Source: Chlamydiia bacterium | Lineage (GTDB): Bacteria > Chlamydiota > Chlamydiia > Chlamydiales > JAAKFR01 | Length of the DNA: 64,000 nt | NCBI GenBank assembly: GCA_963827485.1 | Contig: CAWHBB010000004.1 | Coordinates: 98,627 to 162,626, forward strand | Reading direction: 5' to 3' | In this document: positions 28,340 through 37,987 of the stretch, piece by piece | Position numbering within the stretch: the stretch's first letter is position 1 | How the letters are laid out: every line of letters starts with the position of its first letter | Program-made: the position numbers and the translations under genes | The notes under the pieces: generated by a model | Seen by the model: the letters and a program-made list of their open reading frames with translations, nothing else | What the model was told of the DNA's origin: nothing | Database searches by the model: none

Positions 28340-28669
28340 CTATGGGGTTGTTGAGCTCGAGCCGGGCATTCTGGAACCGGGCCGTGAGCCGGTCTCAGGG
28401 CGGAAGACCAGCTGAAACTGGAGAGGACCCACTTTCTGTTTGGGTGTGTAGTGGATTTCGACATAGACCTTTCTCTGCTCCGATTGCACGACGAAGAGCT
28501 CTTCACTCATCCGACGGATGTCCTGAATCGATTCACCAGCTGGGAAGTAGACGGAGAGCTCCTTGCTCTCAAGGATCGCTTGGAATTCATTGACACTTTG
28601 GTAGAGGGGAGGCAGGGCTGCAAAAGCAAAAGTAGGGATAAGAGCAAGAATACAAAGGAGTTTTTTCAT
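28340..28669 (-). CDS. Exported hypothetical protein
   Basis: MKKLLCILALIPTFAFA|ALPPLYQS signal peptide; GAGG RBS. Confidence 0.75.
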   Translation of the reverse strand: MKKLLCILALIPTFAFAALPPLYQSVNEFQAILESKELSVYFPAGESIQDIRRMSEELFVVQSEQRKVYVEIHYTPKQKVGPLQFQLVFRPETGSRPGSRMPGSSSTTP

Positions 28670-28779
28670 GGTTTTACCTCTTGTTGAGATAACCGGAATG
28701 TAGGGCTCCTTCATTTTTTTGGCGAGTGAAAAGATAAGTAATAGGAAGTATTTCCCTATAGTGTAAAATTAGAATTGCC

Positions 28780-29259
28780 ATGGTTAATTGGTTTATTAAT
28801 ATGTTTGTAAAGACAAGTATAACTCTCGGAGCGATAGCCACTGTGCCCACTCCGCCGAGCACTCCCTATACTCCCTCCCGGCCGGAGGTGCCCTATCCCG
28901 ACACGCCCGCCGCTCCGACGCCGCTCTCGCCCGATACGCCGATGCCCAATATCCCTGAGCAGCCTCTGCCGGGTACGCCTGCAGAGCCCCATCCTCCCTT
29001 GCCGCCGGAATCCTCTTTTGGTCAGGCGCTCAATGAGATTATCGAAGAGAGTCCACCTGAGAAGAGGACGAGGAGCGAGACGCGGATTAGAAAGAAGAAG
29101 GAGCGCAACTACATCCCCTTTCAGGGGCGAAGGCCCACCGAGCGACTGCCTCTGCCCCAGGCACAACAAGACGAGGGCATTCTGATGAACCATCCCCAGC
29201 CGCAAATCAATCCCGGCCCCCCCGTTAACTCCCTTCCCCCCACCGACCGCTATAACTAG
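28780..29259 (+). CDS. Proline-rich hypothetical protein
   Basis: 159-aa ORF with PxTP repeats and a basic patch RIRKKKER; start uncertain (28780 or 28801). Confidence 0.55.
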   Translation: MVNWFINMFVKTSITLGAIATVPTPPSTPYTPSRPEVPYPDTPAAPTPLSPDTPMPNIPEQPLPGTPAEPHPPLPPESSFGQALNEIIEESPPEKRTRSETRIRKKKERNYIPFQGRRPTERLPLPQAQQDEGILMNHPQPQINPGPPVNSLPPTDRYN

Positions 29260-31007
29260 CGTTTGCCTTCGAGATCGGCAAGTTCGGCGTAGAGAAGCTC
29301 GATCTCCTCCTCTGCTCGTCGAGAAAGGGTAGAAAGGGCGTGGATCTTTTCTCTATCGGGATTGGAGTTTTGAGAGAGCGCCGCAAGCGTTTGTAGATGC
29401 TCATTATAGACTCTCTCTTTTTCGGCGATCGCCTTCTCGAGGCGCGCGATCTCCTTCTCCCTGTTCGGCGATTTTGCTTTTGGTGGGGCTGGGGGCGCGA
29501 TTTTTTTCTTTTCAGGAGCCTCTTGCTCCCATCCCATCTTCTCCAAAAAGTCGCCGTAGCTGCCCTGGAAGAGCATCTGTTTGTGCTCCCTACAGATGAT
29601 GAGCTTATTGATGTCGAGCCGTTTCAAGATCAGCTCGCTGTGGGTGACGATGAGATAGGAGCCCTCAAAATCCTCGAGCGCATCGATCAGAGCCTCGATC
29701 GACTCGATGTCCAGGTGGTGGGTGGGCTCGTCGAGAAGCAGGAGATTCACCGGCCTAGCCAATATCTTGCCGAGAAGAACCCGGCTCTTCTCTCCTCCCG
29801 AGAGAACGCCAATCTTCTTCTTGGCGCTATCAGAGGGGAACATCATCTGGCCGGCAATCGCGCGCACCTCGGTGAAATTCAGCGCCGGGTGGGCCTGGCT
29901 GATCTCCTGCTCGATCGTCTTGTTGGCATCGAGCGATTGGATGTGGGTCTGTCCAAAGTAGCCTGTGGAGAGCTTCTCAGCCCTTTTGATCGATCCTTGA
30001 AGGGGAGCAAGCTCGCCCTGAATCAGCTTCACAAGGGTCGATTTTCCGTAGCCGTTCTTGCCGATGATGGCGATCCGATCGCCGCGCTCGATGGTCAGAG
30101 AGAAACCTTCGATCAGCTTCTGATCGGCTTCGTAGGCAAAAGAGAGGTCGCTTGCCTCGACCATTTTTTTGCCTGGAAAGGGGAGATGGCGGAAGTTGAA
30201 GTCGAGCTCATAGAGCGATTTGAGCGCTTCGAGCGAGGGAATCCTCGAGAGCATCTTCCTTCTCGACTCGGCCTGGGCCGCCTTGGAGGCTTTGGCACCG
30301 AAGCGATCGATGTAGGACTGCATGTGGGCCCGTTTTTTCTCCAGGTTGACTCGCGTCTTCTCGTGAATCTCCTCTTTTTCCACAATCATGTTGTAGAAAT
30401 CGACGGTCGAGCCCTTGATTTTGGAGATCTTCTTGCGGTGTATGCCTAGAGTGTGTGTGGTGATGCTATCGAGAAAGTCGCGATCGTGCGAGACCATGAT
30501 AAGAGCCCCAGGCCAGCTTTTCAGAAAGCGGCGCAGGAATTGCATCGAGAGAATATCGAGGTAGTTTGTCGGCTCGTCGAGAAGCAGGCAATCGGGCTCT
30601 GAGAGAAGCACCTTTGCCAGATGGAGGCGCAAATGGTAGCCCCCAGAGAGCTCTGAAGGCGCCTTTTCTAGCTGGTTCTCATCAAAACCAAGACCAAATA
30701 AAATTTTCTCTGCTTTGTAAAATAAATCTTTCTCATCTTCGCGCAGTCCCGAGGCGCCCTCCTGGAGGACAGTGGGCTCGTGGAAGCGAATGTGCTGATC
30801 GAGGTAGCCGAGCCGATAGCCCTTCGGAAGGGCGATCTGGCCGCTATCTGGCCTCTCCTGGCCTACAAGTAGTCGTAGCAGGCTACTTTTGCCCGATCCA
30901 TTGCGGCCGACAAGGCCGACGCGCTCTTTCGGACCTACGGTGAAGGAGGCCTCATCGAAGATGGTTTCGCCCTTGTAGGATAAGCTGAGGTCATCGACCT
31001 GAATCAT
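29256..31007 (-). CDS. ABC-F family ATP-binding protein
   Basis: Two Walker A motifs (GRNGSGKS, GKNGYGKS), LLLDEPT twice, no TM segments, C-terminal coiled coil. Confidence 0.93.
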   Translation of the reverse strand: MIQVDDLSLSYKGETIFDEASFTVGPKERVGLVGRNGSGKSSLLRLLVGQERPDSGQIALPKGYRLGYLDQHIRFHEPTVLQEGASGLREDEKDLFYKAEKILFGLGFDENQLEKAPSELSGGYHLRLHLAKVLLSEPDCLLLDEPTNYLDILSMQFLRRFLKSWPGALIMVSHDRDFLDSITTHTLGIHRKKISKIKGSTVDFYNMIVEKEEIHEKTRVNLEKKRAHMQSYIDRFGAKASKAAQAESRRKMLSRIPSLEALKSLYELDFNFRHLPFPGKKMVEASDLSFAYEADQKLIEGFSLTIERGDRIAIIGKNGYGKSTLVKLIQGELAPLQGSIKRAEKLSTGYFGQTHIQSLDANKTIEQEISQAHPALNFTEVRAIAGQMMFPSDSAKKKIGVLSGGEKSRVLLGKILARPVNLLLLDEPTHHLDIESIEALIDALEDFEGSYLIVTHSELILKRLDINKLIICREHKQMLFQGSYGDFLEKMGWEQEAPEKKKIAPPAPPKAKSPNREKEIARLEKAIAEKERVYNEHLQTLAALSQNSNPDREKIHALSTLSRRAEEEIELLYAELADLEGKR

Positions 31008-31076
31008 GTGGACCCTTTCAATTTAATCGTCCTATACTTATAATCTTATACGCATAAACCCTTAACTATAAAATAT

Positions 31077-31334
31077 ATGCGTTTTAAATTTATCCTAGTT
31101 TTGGCTCTTGCGCTCACTGCGGTGGGTTCAACAAGCCTATTTGCGCGCACCTGCTTCTCTCTCTCGTTCAATTTTTCACCCTGTGTACGACCTGTTCCTG
31201 TGGTGCCTGTAGTCCCAAGGCCAGTACCTGTAGTGCCTTACTACTATAGAGCGCCTGTGATTGTCGCACCCTGCTACCCTTGCCCACCTCGAGCTCCGAT
31301 CTACGTTCCTGTCTATCCCTACTACCCTGGCTAA
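31077..31334 (+). CDS. Small exported Pro/Tyr/Cys-rich protein
   Basis: Signal peptide, PVPVVP repeats, followed by a terminator. Confidence 0.65.
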   Translation: MRFKFILVLALALTAVGSTSLFARTCFSLSFNFSPCVRPVPVVPVVPRPVPVVPYYYRAPVIVAPCYPCPPRAPIYVPVYPYYPG

Positions 31335-31342
31335 TCTACTCG

Positions 31343-31369
31343 GGCTCGGCATCCAAGCCGAGCCTTTTT
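31343..31369 (+). terminator. Intrinsic terminator
   Basis: GGCTCGGC-ATCCAA-GCCGAGCC-TTTTT. Confidence 0.8.
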
Positions 31370-31428
31370 CATTGTAAAGAAATCAGTTTTAGATGGTATT
31401 TCCTATATTAACCAAACGAGAGGTTAAT

Positions 31429-31776
31429 ATGGATGGGATTTCCGGAATAGGGCCTACTGGCACACCCCCAGGAGCGGAGGGTCCCTTTGGACCTGAGGGT
31501 TCATGGAGTTTTGACGAAGGCGAGCTGATCAGGGAGGTGCGCAGAATGGTGGAGAGGCTGAAGCGGGAGATCCAGAATCAGGAAGCGCACTCGATGCATG
31601 CAATGGCGGCACCCCTCATGGGCCATCTTGAAAAGATACAAAGCGATCCCAGGCTCTCATCCGACGACAAGAAGACGATCGGGATTTTTTTAGATAAGCT
31701 GCATCAGACACCTCCTCAGATCGATATCGCCGACGCCTCGGCCGTCCTAGGAGTGCTCAACAAATTAAACCCCTGA
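31429..31776 (+). CDS. Hypothetical protein
   Basis: GAGAGG RBS before MDGISGIGPTG; Gly/Pro-rich N-terminus, then helical. Confidence 0.65.
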   Translation: MDGISGIGPTGTPPGAEGPFGPEGSWSFDEGELIREVRRMVERLKREIQNQEAHSMHAMAAPLMGHLEKIQSDPRLSSDDKKTIGIFLDKLHQTPPQIDIADASAVLGVLNKLNP

Positions 31777-31817
31777 TGAATTGGATATGCGCTTGTCCAT
31801 ATGGACGGGGGCATATG

Positions 31818-33242
31818 CTAACCCTTGACCACTAGGCGGGGCTTCAGGCGGGCGATGCGGCGGGCAAGTCCCGCTTCATGGGTCGCCTCAGCCACAAGAT
31901 CCACATTTTTGTAGGCGTCTGGCATCTCCTCTGCCACCGTCGAAAAGGAGGCCGCCATCACCTGGATGCCCTGCTCTTTCATATGGCCGATAGGATCGCG
32001 CTTCTTCCAATCCTTGAACGATTTCACCCTGCTTTTCGCCCTCCCAGCCCCATGTGAAGCACTACACCAGGTGAGCGGATTGCCAAGCCCTGCCATGATG
32101 TAGCTCGCCCTTCCCATATCCCCAGGCAGAAAGACCGGTTGGCCGCTCTTCTGGAAGATGGAGGGAAGTTCGGCTGCACCCGGTCCAAAGGCGCGCGTCG
32201 CACCCTTACGATGGACGCAGAGCCTCTTCTCCTTCCCTTCAAAGCTATGGGTCTCAAATTTTGCAATGTTGTGGCAGACATCATAGAGAAGCTCTATCTT
32301 CTCAGGATCCACCGAGAGCACCTTCTGAAAGGCCTTTCTCACATAGTGCAAGATCTCCTGGCGGTTGTTGAAGGCAAAATTGGCCGCCGCTGCCATGCCC
32401 GAAAAGTACCTCTGACCGGGTGGACTTTTAATAGGAGCGCAGGCGAGCTGCGTGTCGGGTAGATTTTTCGTAAAGCCAAGAGAGGCAAATTCATCGAGCG
32501 TGTCCTGGCAGACCTGATGGCCAAAGCCTCTCGAGCCCGAGTGGATGAGGATATAGATCTGACCCAGCTTGAGCCCCCAGAGGGAGGCGATCTCCTCTGA
32601 AAAGATCTGTTGCACCTCGCCCACCTCCACAAAGTGGTTGCCCGAACCAATGGAGCCGAGCTGGCTCTTGCCCCGCGCTTTGGCAACCTCTGAAACCGAG
32701 TCGATATTGGCCCCCTCGATCCGTCCACGGCTTTCGATATGGTCGAGATCGCGCGCAAAGCCATATCCCGAGCTCACCGCCCATGCAGCTCCCTGCTCCA
32801 GAAGTGCCCTGTAGTCCTGCTCTGAAAGCGCTGTGCCTTTCCTGCCGTGACCAACCCCTGAGGGCACCAGGTTGTAGATCTCCTGAAGCAGCCCTCTCTG
32901 GGCTCTTGCATCAAGGCTCTGAAATTCAATGGGGGCGAGCGCAAGGCGTACGCCGCAATTGATATCGTAGCCGACCCCTCCAGGCGAGATCACGCCGCTC
33001 TCCACATCCATCGCAGCGACCCCCCCGATAGGGAAGCCGTAGCCCCAGTGGATGTCGGGCATGGCGATGCTATAGCCCACAATGCCCTGAAGATGGGCCA
33101 CATTGCGTACCTGATTGAGCGGCTGCTCGATCTCCATTTCGCTCAAGAGCTCTTCTGAGGCTATGATGAGGCCGGGAACGCGCATGCCCCCTTCCTTTTC
33201 GAGCAGGTAGGTGCAAGGGGCTATCTTTTTCAATTTAGACAT
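31818..33242 (-). CDS. rtcB: RNA-splicing/repair ligase RtcB
   Basis: MPDIHWGYGFPIGG, GYDINCG, GNHFVE, HSGSRG, HRKGAT, PGDMG, SHGAGR, EEMPDAYK. Confidence 0.96.
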   Translation of the reverse strand: MSKLKKIAPCTYLLEKEGGMRVPGLIIASEELLSEMEIEQPLNQVRNVAHLQGIVGYSIAMPDIHWGYGFPIGGVAAMDVESGVISPGGVGYDINCGVRLALAPIEFQSLDARAQRGLLQEIYNLVPSGVGHGRKGTALSEQDYRALLEQGAAWAVSSGYGFARDLDHIESRGRIEGANIDSVSEVAKARGKSQLGSIGSGNHFVEVGEVQQIFSEEIASLWGLKLGQIYILIHSGSRGFGHQVCQDTLDEFASLGFTKNLPDTQLACAPIKSPPGQRYFSGMAAAANFAFNNRQEILHYVRKAFQKVLSVDPEKIELLYDVCHNIAKFETHSFEGKEKRLCVHRKGATRAFGPGAAELPSIFQKSGQPVFLPGDMGRASYIMAGLGNPLTWCSASHGAGRAKSRVKSFKDWKKRDPIGHMKEQGIQVMAASFSTVAEEMPDAYKNVDLVAEATHEAGLARRIARLKPRLVVKG

Positions 33243-34065
33243 CGACGATCATCTCCCATTTAAGCAGGCCTGCCTGCTCTTCCATATCTGTGTGGAGGCT
33301 AACCGCTTTGAAAGGGGCGCCTCTATCGGTATCCACCTCGCTCACAATGCGGTTGAGGGAGCGGATGAGCTCTTCGATCGTACCTACGGGGTACTCCCTA
33401 TCGCAGTAGGGGGTGATCTCGGGGAAGGTGAAGGCGAGGGCCACTTTGGCATGGGTGTAGAGGTCATAGAGGTCATGTCCGTAGATCCAAAAGCCGATGT
33501 CTGCTGTATGCTCGATCTCGACAAAGGGCGGCTTGAGCTCGATGGTGTGGAGGGCTTTGTAGTGGGAGTGTCCGAGGCTCTGAAAGAGAGAGAGTTCTGA
33601 GCTGAAGAAGGGCAGAGGGCGGAAACTCTTTCTCCACGCCCTCAAGTCGAAGGGGGCTCTGGCGAGTGTGAGGTGGGGGTTAAAGGAGTGCCTATTTTGG
33701 TTTTCGATCCCTCTCTCCTGACACCAACTGGCCACCCTCTCTTGCAGAGCCTGTAGGGGATTTCTCATAGTGCCGATGGGGCTCATGTGCCAGGTGGCGC
33801 ATCTCGGGGTGCGCGGTGGAAGAAAAAGGCATTGATCAAATTTTCCGACAAAGCCTAAGGTGAGGCCCAAAGGGGGATCGCTTTTGAGCTTATAGGCAAG
33901 ATCGAGCGCCTCCTCCTCTTCCTTTCTGCCGAGGAAGAGAAGCGTCAGATGGCGCTCTTTTTCTTCGATGAGGCGGCCCCTGGGATAGCTTTCAGGCCAG
34001 GGAGCAGAGATCGAAGAGGCAAAGAAGAGATTGCTAGTAGAACTTGCTTTAGGTTGAAGGGTCAC
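33235..34065 (-). CDS. Fusion of a 2H phosphoesterase (ThpR/LigT-like) and archease
   Basis: HLTLLFLG and PHLTLAR (2H), then EHTADIG...KAVSLH...IVDV* (archease); the stop overlaps the rtcB start. Confidence 0.85.
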   Translation of the reverse strand: MTLQPKASSTSNLFFASSISAPWPESYPRGRLIEEKERHLTLLFLGRKEEEEALDLAYKLKSDPPLGLTLGFVGKFDQCLFLPPRTPRCATWHMSPIGTMRNPLQALQERVASWCQERGIENQNRHSFNPHLTLARAPFDLRAWRKSFRPLPFFSSELSLFQSLGHSHYKALHTIELKPPFVEIEHTADIGFWIYGHDLYDLYTHAKVALAFTFPEITPYCDREYPVGTIEELIRSLNRIVSEVDTDRGAPFKAVSLHTDMEEQAGLLKWEMIVDV

Positions 34066-34071
34066 TTGCTC

Positions 34072-34734
34072 ATGGTAGAGAAGAAATCGATATTTTCACA
34101 AGAAGTCAAGATCCCTGTGGAAGGGGGCCTGCTTTCAGGCGATCTGGTCATTCCAGAGACGAGCTCAGGCCTTGCGCTCTTTGTCCACGGCAGCGGGAGC
34201 TCGCGCAAAAGCCCTCGCAACCAGTATGTGGCGCGCTATCTTCAAGAAGAGAATATCGCTACCCTTCTCTTCGATCTTCTCACACCCGAGGAGGAGGAGA
34301 AGGATCTTCAGACCACCGAGTATCGCTTTAATATCGGCCTTCTCGCTGGAAGGCTTCTCGAGGTCACAAAACAGATCGAAAAGCAGGCGGAGACGAAGCA
34401 CCTCTCGATTGGCTATTTCGGTGCCTCCACAGGTGCCGCTGCGGCCCTCATCGCAGCAGCTAAACTCAAAGATAAGGTCTCTGCGGTGGTCTCAAGGGGA
34501 GGGCGACCCGACCTTGCAGCGGCCCACCTCGCTCACGTGACTGCGCCCACTCTCCTCATCGTTGGAGGCAATGACTACGGCGTCATCGAGCTCAACGAAA
34601 AGGCGCTGGAGCTGTTGAATTGCAAGAAGAGGCTTGAAATTGTGGAGGGCGCCACCCATCTCTTCGAAGAGAGGGGAGCGCTCGAGCGCGTCTCCCACCT
34701 GGCCAGCCTCTGGCTACGAGAACACCTGATGTGA
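34072..34734 (+). CDS. Dienelactone hydrolase-like alpha/beta hydrolase
   Basis: HGSGSSRKSPRN, GYFGASTGAA, VSRGGRPDLA, GATHLFEE. Confidence 0.9.
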   Translation: MVEKKSIFSQEVKIPVEGGLLSGDLVIPETSSGLALFVHGSGSSRKSPRNQYVARYLQEENIATLLFDLLTPEEEEKDLQTTEYRFNIGLLAGRLLEVTKQIEKQAETKHLSIGYFGASTGAAAALIAAAKLKDKVSAVVSRGGRPDLAAAHLAHVTAPTLLIVGGNDYGVIELNEKALELLNCKKRLEIVEGATHLFEERGALERVSHLASLWLREHLM

Positions 34735-34754
34735 TGGGCTCAAAGCTCCTGGGG

Positions 34755-35240
34755 CTAAGAAGGTGCATTACCTAGCCGCGCCATCTCCGCTTCAAAAGGC
34801 GCTGCTGGAGCTACCTCAGGCTCTGCATCCACAGGAATAATCCTCACGGCTGGCTGAGCAGGCTCCGCGGGCTCTGCAGCTAAGGCGCCATATGCAGCCA
34901 TTTGGGCCATGAGTCTCTGTTGTTCTTGGAATTGGTCTATTTGTTTTTTGAACCTGAGGGCTATAAATCCCATTATATAGGCAATAAAGCTAAGGGAAGC
35001 ACAAGTTACTTCACCTGTCTTGGAATCATCGAGTTGTTCCCAGAAGCGGTTCATCATGCCATGGTGGTCTGCACAACCCAGATCGATGCTATAGCCGATA
35101 ATTAGTGAAGCACCTATAAGGGTGATCAAAAGGGGTATCCCACACCACTTCACATTAAAATTCCATAAATCCGAAGCGCCCTGTTTGAACCCTTCCCAAC
35201 GCGTCGGTTCTCTCTGTCCATCTAGTGCAGCTGCTGCCAT
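34755..35240 (-). CDS. Two-TM hypothetical protein (Inc-like)
   Basis: Two hydrophobic segments, Ala/Pro-rich tail, GAGG RBS, AT-rich upstream region. Confidence 0.7.
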   Translation of the reverse strand: MAAAALDGQREPTRWEGFKQGASDLWNFNVKWCGIPLLITLIGASLIIGYSIDLGCADHHGMMNRFWEQLDDSKTGEVTCASLSFIAYIMGFIALRFKKQIDQFQEQQRLMAQMAAYGALAAEPAEPAQPAVRIIPVDAEPEVAPAAPFEAEMARLGNAPS

Positions 35241-35325
35241 AACATCCTCATCTTTTATTGGTTAGATGAAATATTATAGCAATTCTTTTATTAAAATTCA
35301 ATTTTTATTTTTTATTAATATTTGA

Positions 35326-37143
35326 CTAAGGATGAATCTCTCGTGATTCTTCTTTCTGCTCTGCAAGCCACATCTCTTTGTAGAGCCCCCCTTTTTGAAG
35401 GAGCTCGAGGTGGCTGCCCTGCTCCACAATTCGGCCCTGGTTCATGACTAAGAGTTTTGTGGCCTTCCTCACTGTCGAAAGGCGATGGGCAACCACGATC
35501 AACGTCCTCTTCTGCTGAAAACCCTCGATCAATTCTTGGATGTGCGACTCAGTGGAGCTATCGAGACTGCTCGTCGCCTCGTCAAGGATCAAGATCGCCG
35601 GCTTTCTGAGAAGCGCCCGCGCAATCGCCACCCGCTGCCGCTCGCCCCCGGAGAGGCGATAACCTCTCTCTCCCACCACCGTCAGATAGCCCTGAGGCAG
35701 CTTTTCGATGAATCGATCGGCGCAGGCAAGAGCGGCCGCCTCTCTAATCTCATTGCTCTTAGCGCTCAAGCGCCCAAAACGAATGTTCTCCTCGATCGTG
35801 TCGTTGAATATGAAGATATCTTGGCTCACAACGCCGATGATCTCTCGAAAGCTCCTGAGATCGAACTGCTTCAAACTCTTCCCATCGAGGAGAATATCCC
35901 CCGAGGTGGGCGCGAAGAGCCCTGAGAGCAGATCGAGAAGCGACGACTTACCCGCTCCCGACGCCCCCACGATGCCGACAAAGCTGCCCTTCGCAATTTC
36001 GAAGCTAAAATCGGAGATCGCCCACTCCTCCACACCCGGATAGCGAAAGGAGAGCTTATCGAAAACAAGGCTCTTTTCAAATCCTTCGACACTTGCCCCC
36101 TTCGCGATGAGGAATTCCTTATCGGAAGGGGAAAGGATTCTCTCCAGGCTGCTCACATGCCCTTTGTAGCCCGCCATGATCGAGGTTTGGCTCATCGCGA
36201 TCTGCACCCTCACAGCGAGGCGATAAGTGATCGTGATAAAGCCGAGCAGAAGAGCCGCTCCAGAACCCTCTCCCTCTGCAATCAGGCGGTAGCCGATAAA
36301 GAGCGTGAGGGCGATCAATCCCATGCTGATCACCTCAGTGGCAAAGCCGATGAGCCCTTGCAGCAGCGTGAGCCTCTTAGAGAGGTGGGAGAAGCTTTTG
36401 AACTTGGTCGAAATCTTCTCGAGAACGCTTCCCTGGCGATTGAAAAGATGGACCTGGCGGATCGCTGAGAGGTTCTGCACGGTTTGAGCCGTGAAGGCCT
36501 CCATCTCCCTCGCAAGTTTGCAGGAGGTGCTCTCGGTTTTTGAGATGAGGAATTTCTGCGCAACCATCGCAAGCGCAAAGAGGAAAAGGATGATGAAGGT
36601 GAGTATTGGGGAGAGCAGCAGCAGAAGCAGCCCCGAGACAGCGATAATCGCAAGCGAGGCCAGAACCTGGTTGAGCGCCTCCATGAAAGGGCGGATGAAG
36701 TTCAGAGGAGCCCTTGCAAACTCGGCAAGCTCGCCGATTTTGTAGCGATTCACACAGGGGAAGCTCAGAGAGAAAATCTGCTCGTTCACCCTTCTCTGCA
36801 CATCATTTTGGATCTCGGAAGAGAGCTTGGCGCTTTGCGAGACCGCAAGGAAGCAGGCGCTGCTCTTGGCAACTTGAGCCACCACAGCAAAGAGCAGAAG
36901 CGCTTCGAAGCCAAAATCCCAAAAGAGAGAAAAAGCTCTCTCGATCAAGCCCTGGCCCATCCCTTTCGGCTCTCCTCCGATGAGCTTGGAGAAGGCGAGA
37001 ATCACAAAGCAGTAGGCGAAGCCCTCTAGAGAGGCACCGACCACATTCCAAAAAACTATTTGAAAAAAGGAAGCTATTTTTTTAATCGGCCGCTTGGAAC
37101 CGACGGCGAGGAGAAATCTGATTTCCTTAAATGGATCTGCCAT
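35326..37143 (-). CDS. ABC exporter, fused permease/ATPase (MsbA-like)
   Basis: N-terminal TM helices; GASGAGKS, LSGGERQR, ILDEATS. Confidence 0.92.
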   Translation of the reverse strand: MADPFKEIRFLLAVGSKRPIKKIASFFQIVFWNVVGASLEGFAYCFVILAFSKLIGGEPKGMGQGLIERAFSLFWDFGFEALLLFAVVAQVAKSSACFLAVSQSAKLSSEIQNDVQRRVNEQIFSLSFPCVNRYKIGELAEFARAPLNFIRPFMEALNQVLASLAIIAVSGLLLLLLSPILTFIILFLFALAMVAQKFLISKTESTSCKLAREMEAFTAQTVQNLSAIRQVHLFNRQGSVLEKISTKFKSFSHLSKRLTLLQGLIGFATEVISMGLIALTLFIGYRLIAEGEGSGAALLLGFITITYRLAVRVQIAMSQTSIMAGYKGHVSSLERILSPSDKEFLIAKGASVEGFEKSLVFDKLSFRYPGVEEWAISDFSFEIAKGSFVGIVGASGAGKSSLLDLLSGLFAPTSGDILLDGKSLKQFDLRSFREIIGVVSQDIFIFNDTIEENIRFGRLSAKSNEIREAAALACADRFIEKLPQGYLTVVGERGYRLSGGERQRVAIARALLRKPAILILDEATSSLDSSTESHIQELIEGFQQKRTLIVVAHRLSTVRKATKLLVMNQGRIVEQGSHLELLQKGGLYKEMWLAEQKEESREIHP

Positions 37144-37155
37144 AGCAATCAGAGT

Positions 37156-37797
37156 TTAGACTAATTGCTTCTTATTGAGAAGGTCGATCACCTCCTCATC
37201 CGTGACCTGCCCAAATTGTTCATAGAACTGGCCTACCGCGTAGAAATCGGGTGGCGCGTGGAGGACGATGACCTCGTCGACCTCCTTCTGAAGCTTCGCA
37301 GCGCTCTCCATGGCCGCCACCGGGACAGCGATGATGATCGATTGGGCCCCTGCTTTTTTCAAACCGCGGGCGGCAGCACGTATGCTTGCGCCCGTTGCAA
37401 TTCCGTCATCGACGAGAAGCACTTTTTTCTCCTTCACCGATATCGCTTTTCGGCCTTTGCGGTAGCTGAGAGCCCGCTTTTTGGCAAGCTCCCTCTGTTT
37501 TTCGATCTCGCGCGCGAGATACTCCTCAGAGACGCCGAGCCGTCTGATGACGTCGGTGGAGAGAAGGGGATCTCCCTCCTCTGTCACGGCTCCAATGGCG
37601 AATTCTTCGTTGAAGGGAGCGCCGATTTTTCTCGGACAGATCACCTCTAGAGGTAGTTTGAGGGCATTTGCGACCTCATAGCCGACGCTCACGCCGCCTC
37701 TGGCAAGCGCCACCACTACGGTGTCGCTCTTCTCTAGGTAGTCTGTGAGCGCTGTAGCGAGCTTCTTACCCGCCTCGCTTCGATTACGAAAGATCAT
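37156..37797 (-). CDS. Phosphoribosyltransferase family protein
   Basis: FRNRSEAG, ALARGG, RKIGAP, LVDDGIATG, AVGQFY. Confidence 0.92.
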   Translation of the reverse strand: MIFRNRSEAGKKLATALTDYLEKSDTVVVALARGGVSVGYEVANALKLPLEVICPRKIGAPFNEEFAIGAVTEEGDPLLSTDVIRRLGVSEEYLAREIEKQRELAKKRALSYRKGRKAISVKEKKVLLVDDGIATGASIRAAARGLKKAGAQSIIIAVPVAAMESAAKLQKEVDEVIVLHAPPDFYAVGQFYEQFGQVTDEEVIDLLNKKQLV

Positions 37798-37987
37798 ACG
37801 GCTGAGAAGTGCTTTGCGGTTTTTGTCTCGGGGTGAGCATCAGTGGCCGACTCGCTGCCGCCTCTGGCAAGCGCTACCACTACGGTGTCGCTCTTCTCTA
37901 GGTAGTCTGCGAGCTTATTGCCCGCCTCGCTTCGGTTGCGAAAGATCATACGGCTGAGAAGTGCTTTGGGGTCTTTGTCTCGAGGTA
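37680..37987. repeat. 152-bp-period duplication of the oppA/PRTase junction, creating chimeric 51-aa ORF 37949-37794 (-)
   Basis: Duplicated ATGs at 37797 and 37949; ORF MIFRNRSEAGNKLADYLEKSDTVVVALARGGSESATDAHPETKTAKHFSAV*. Confidence 0.88.
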
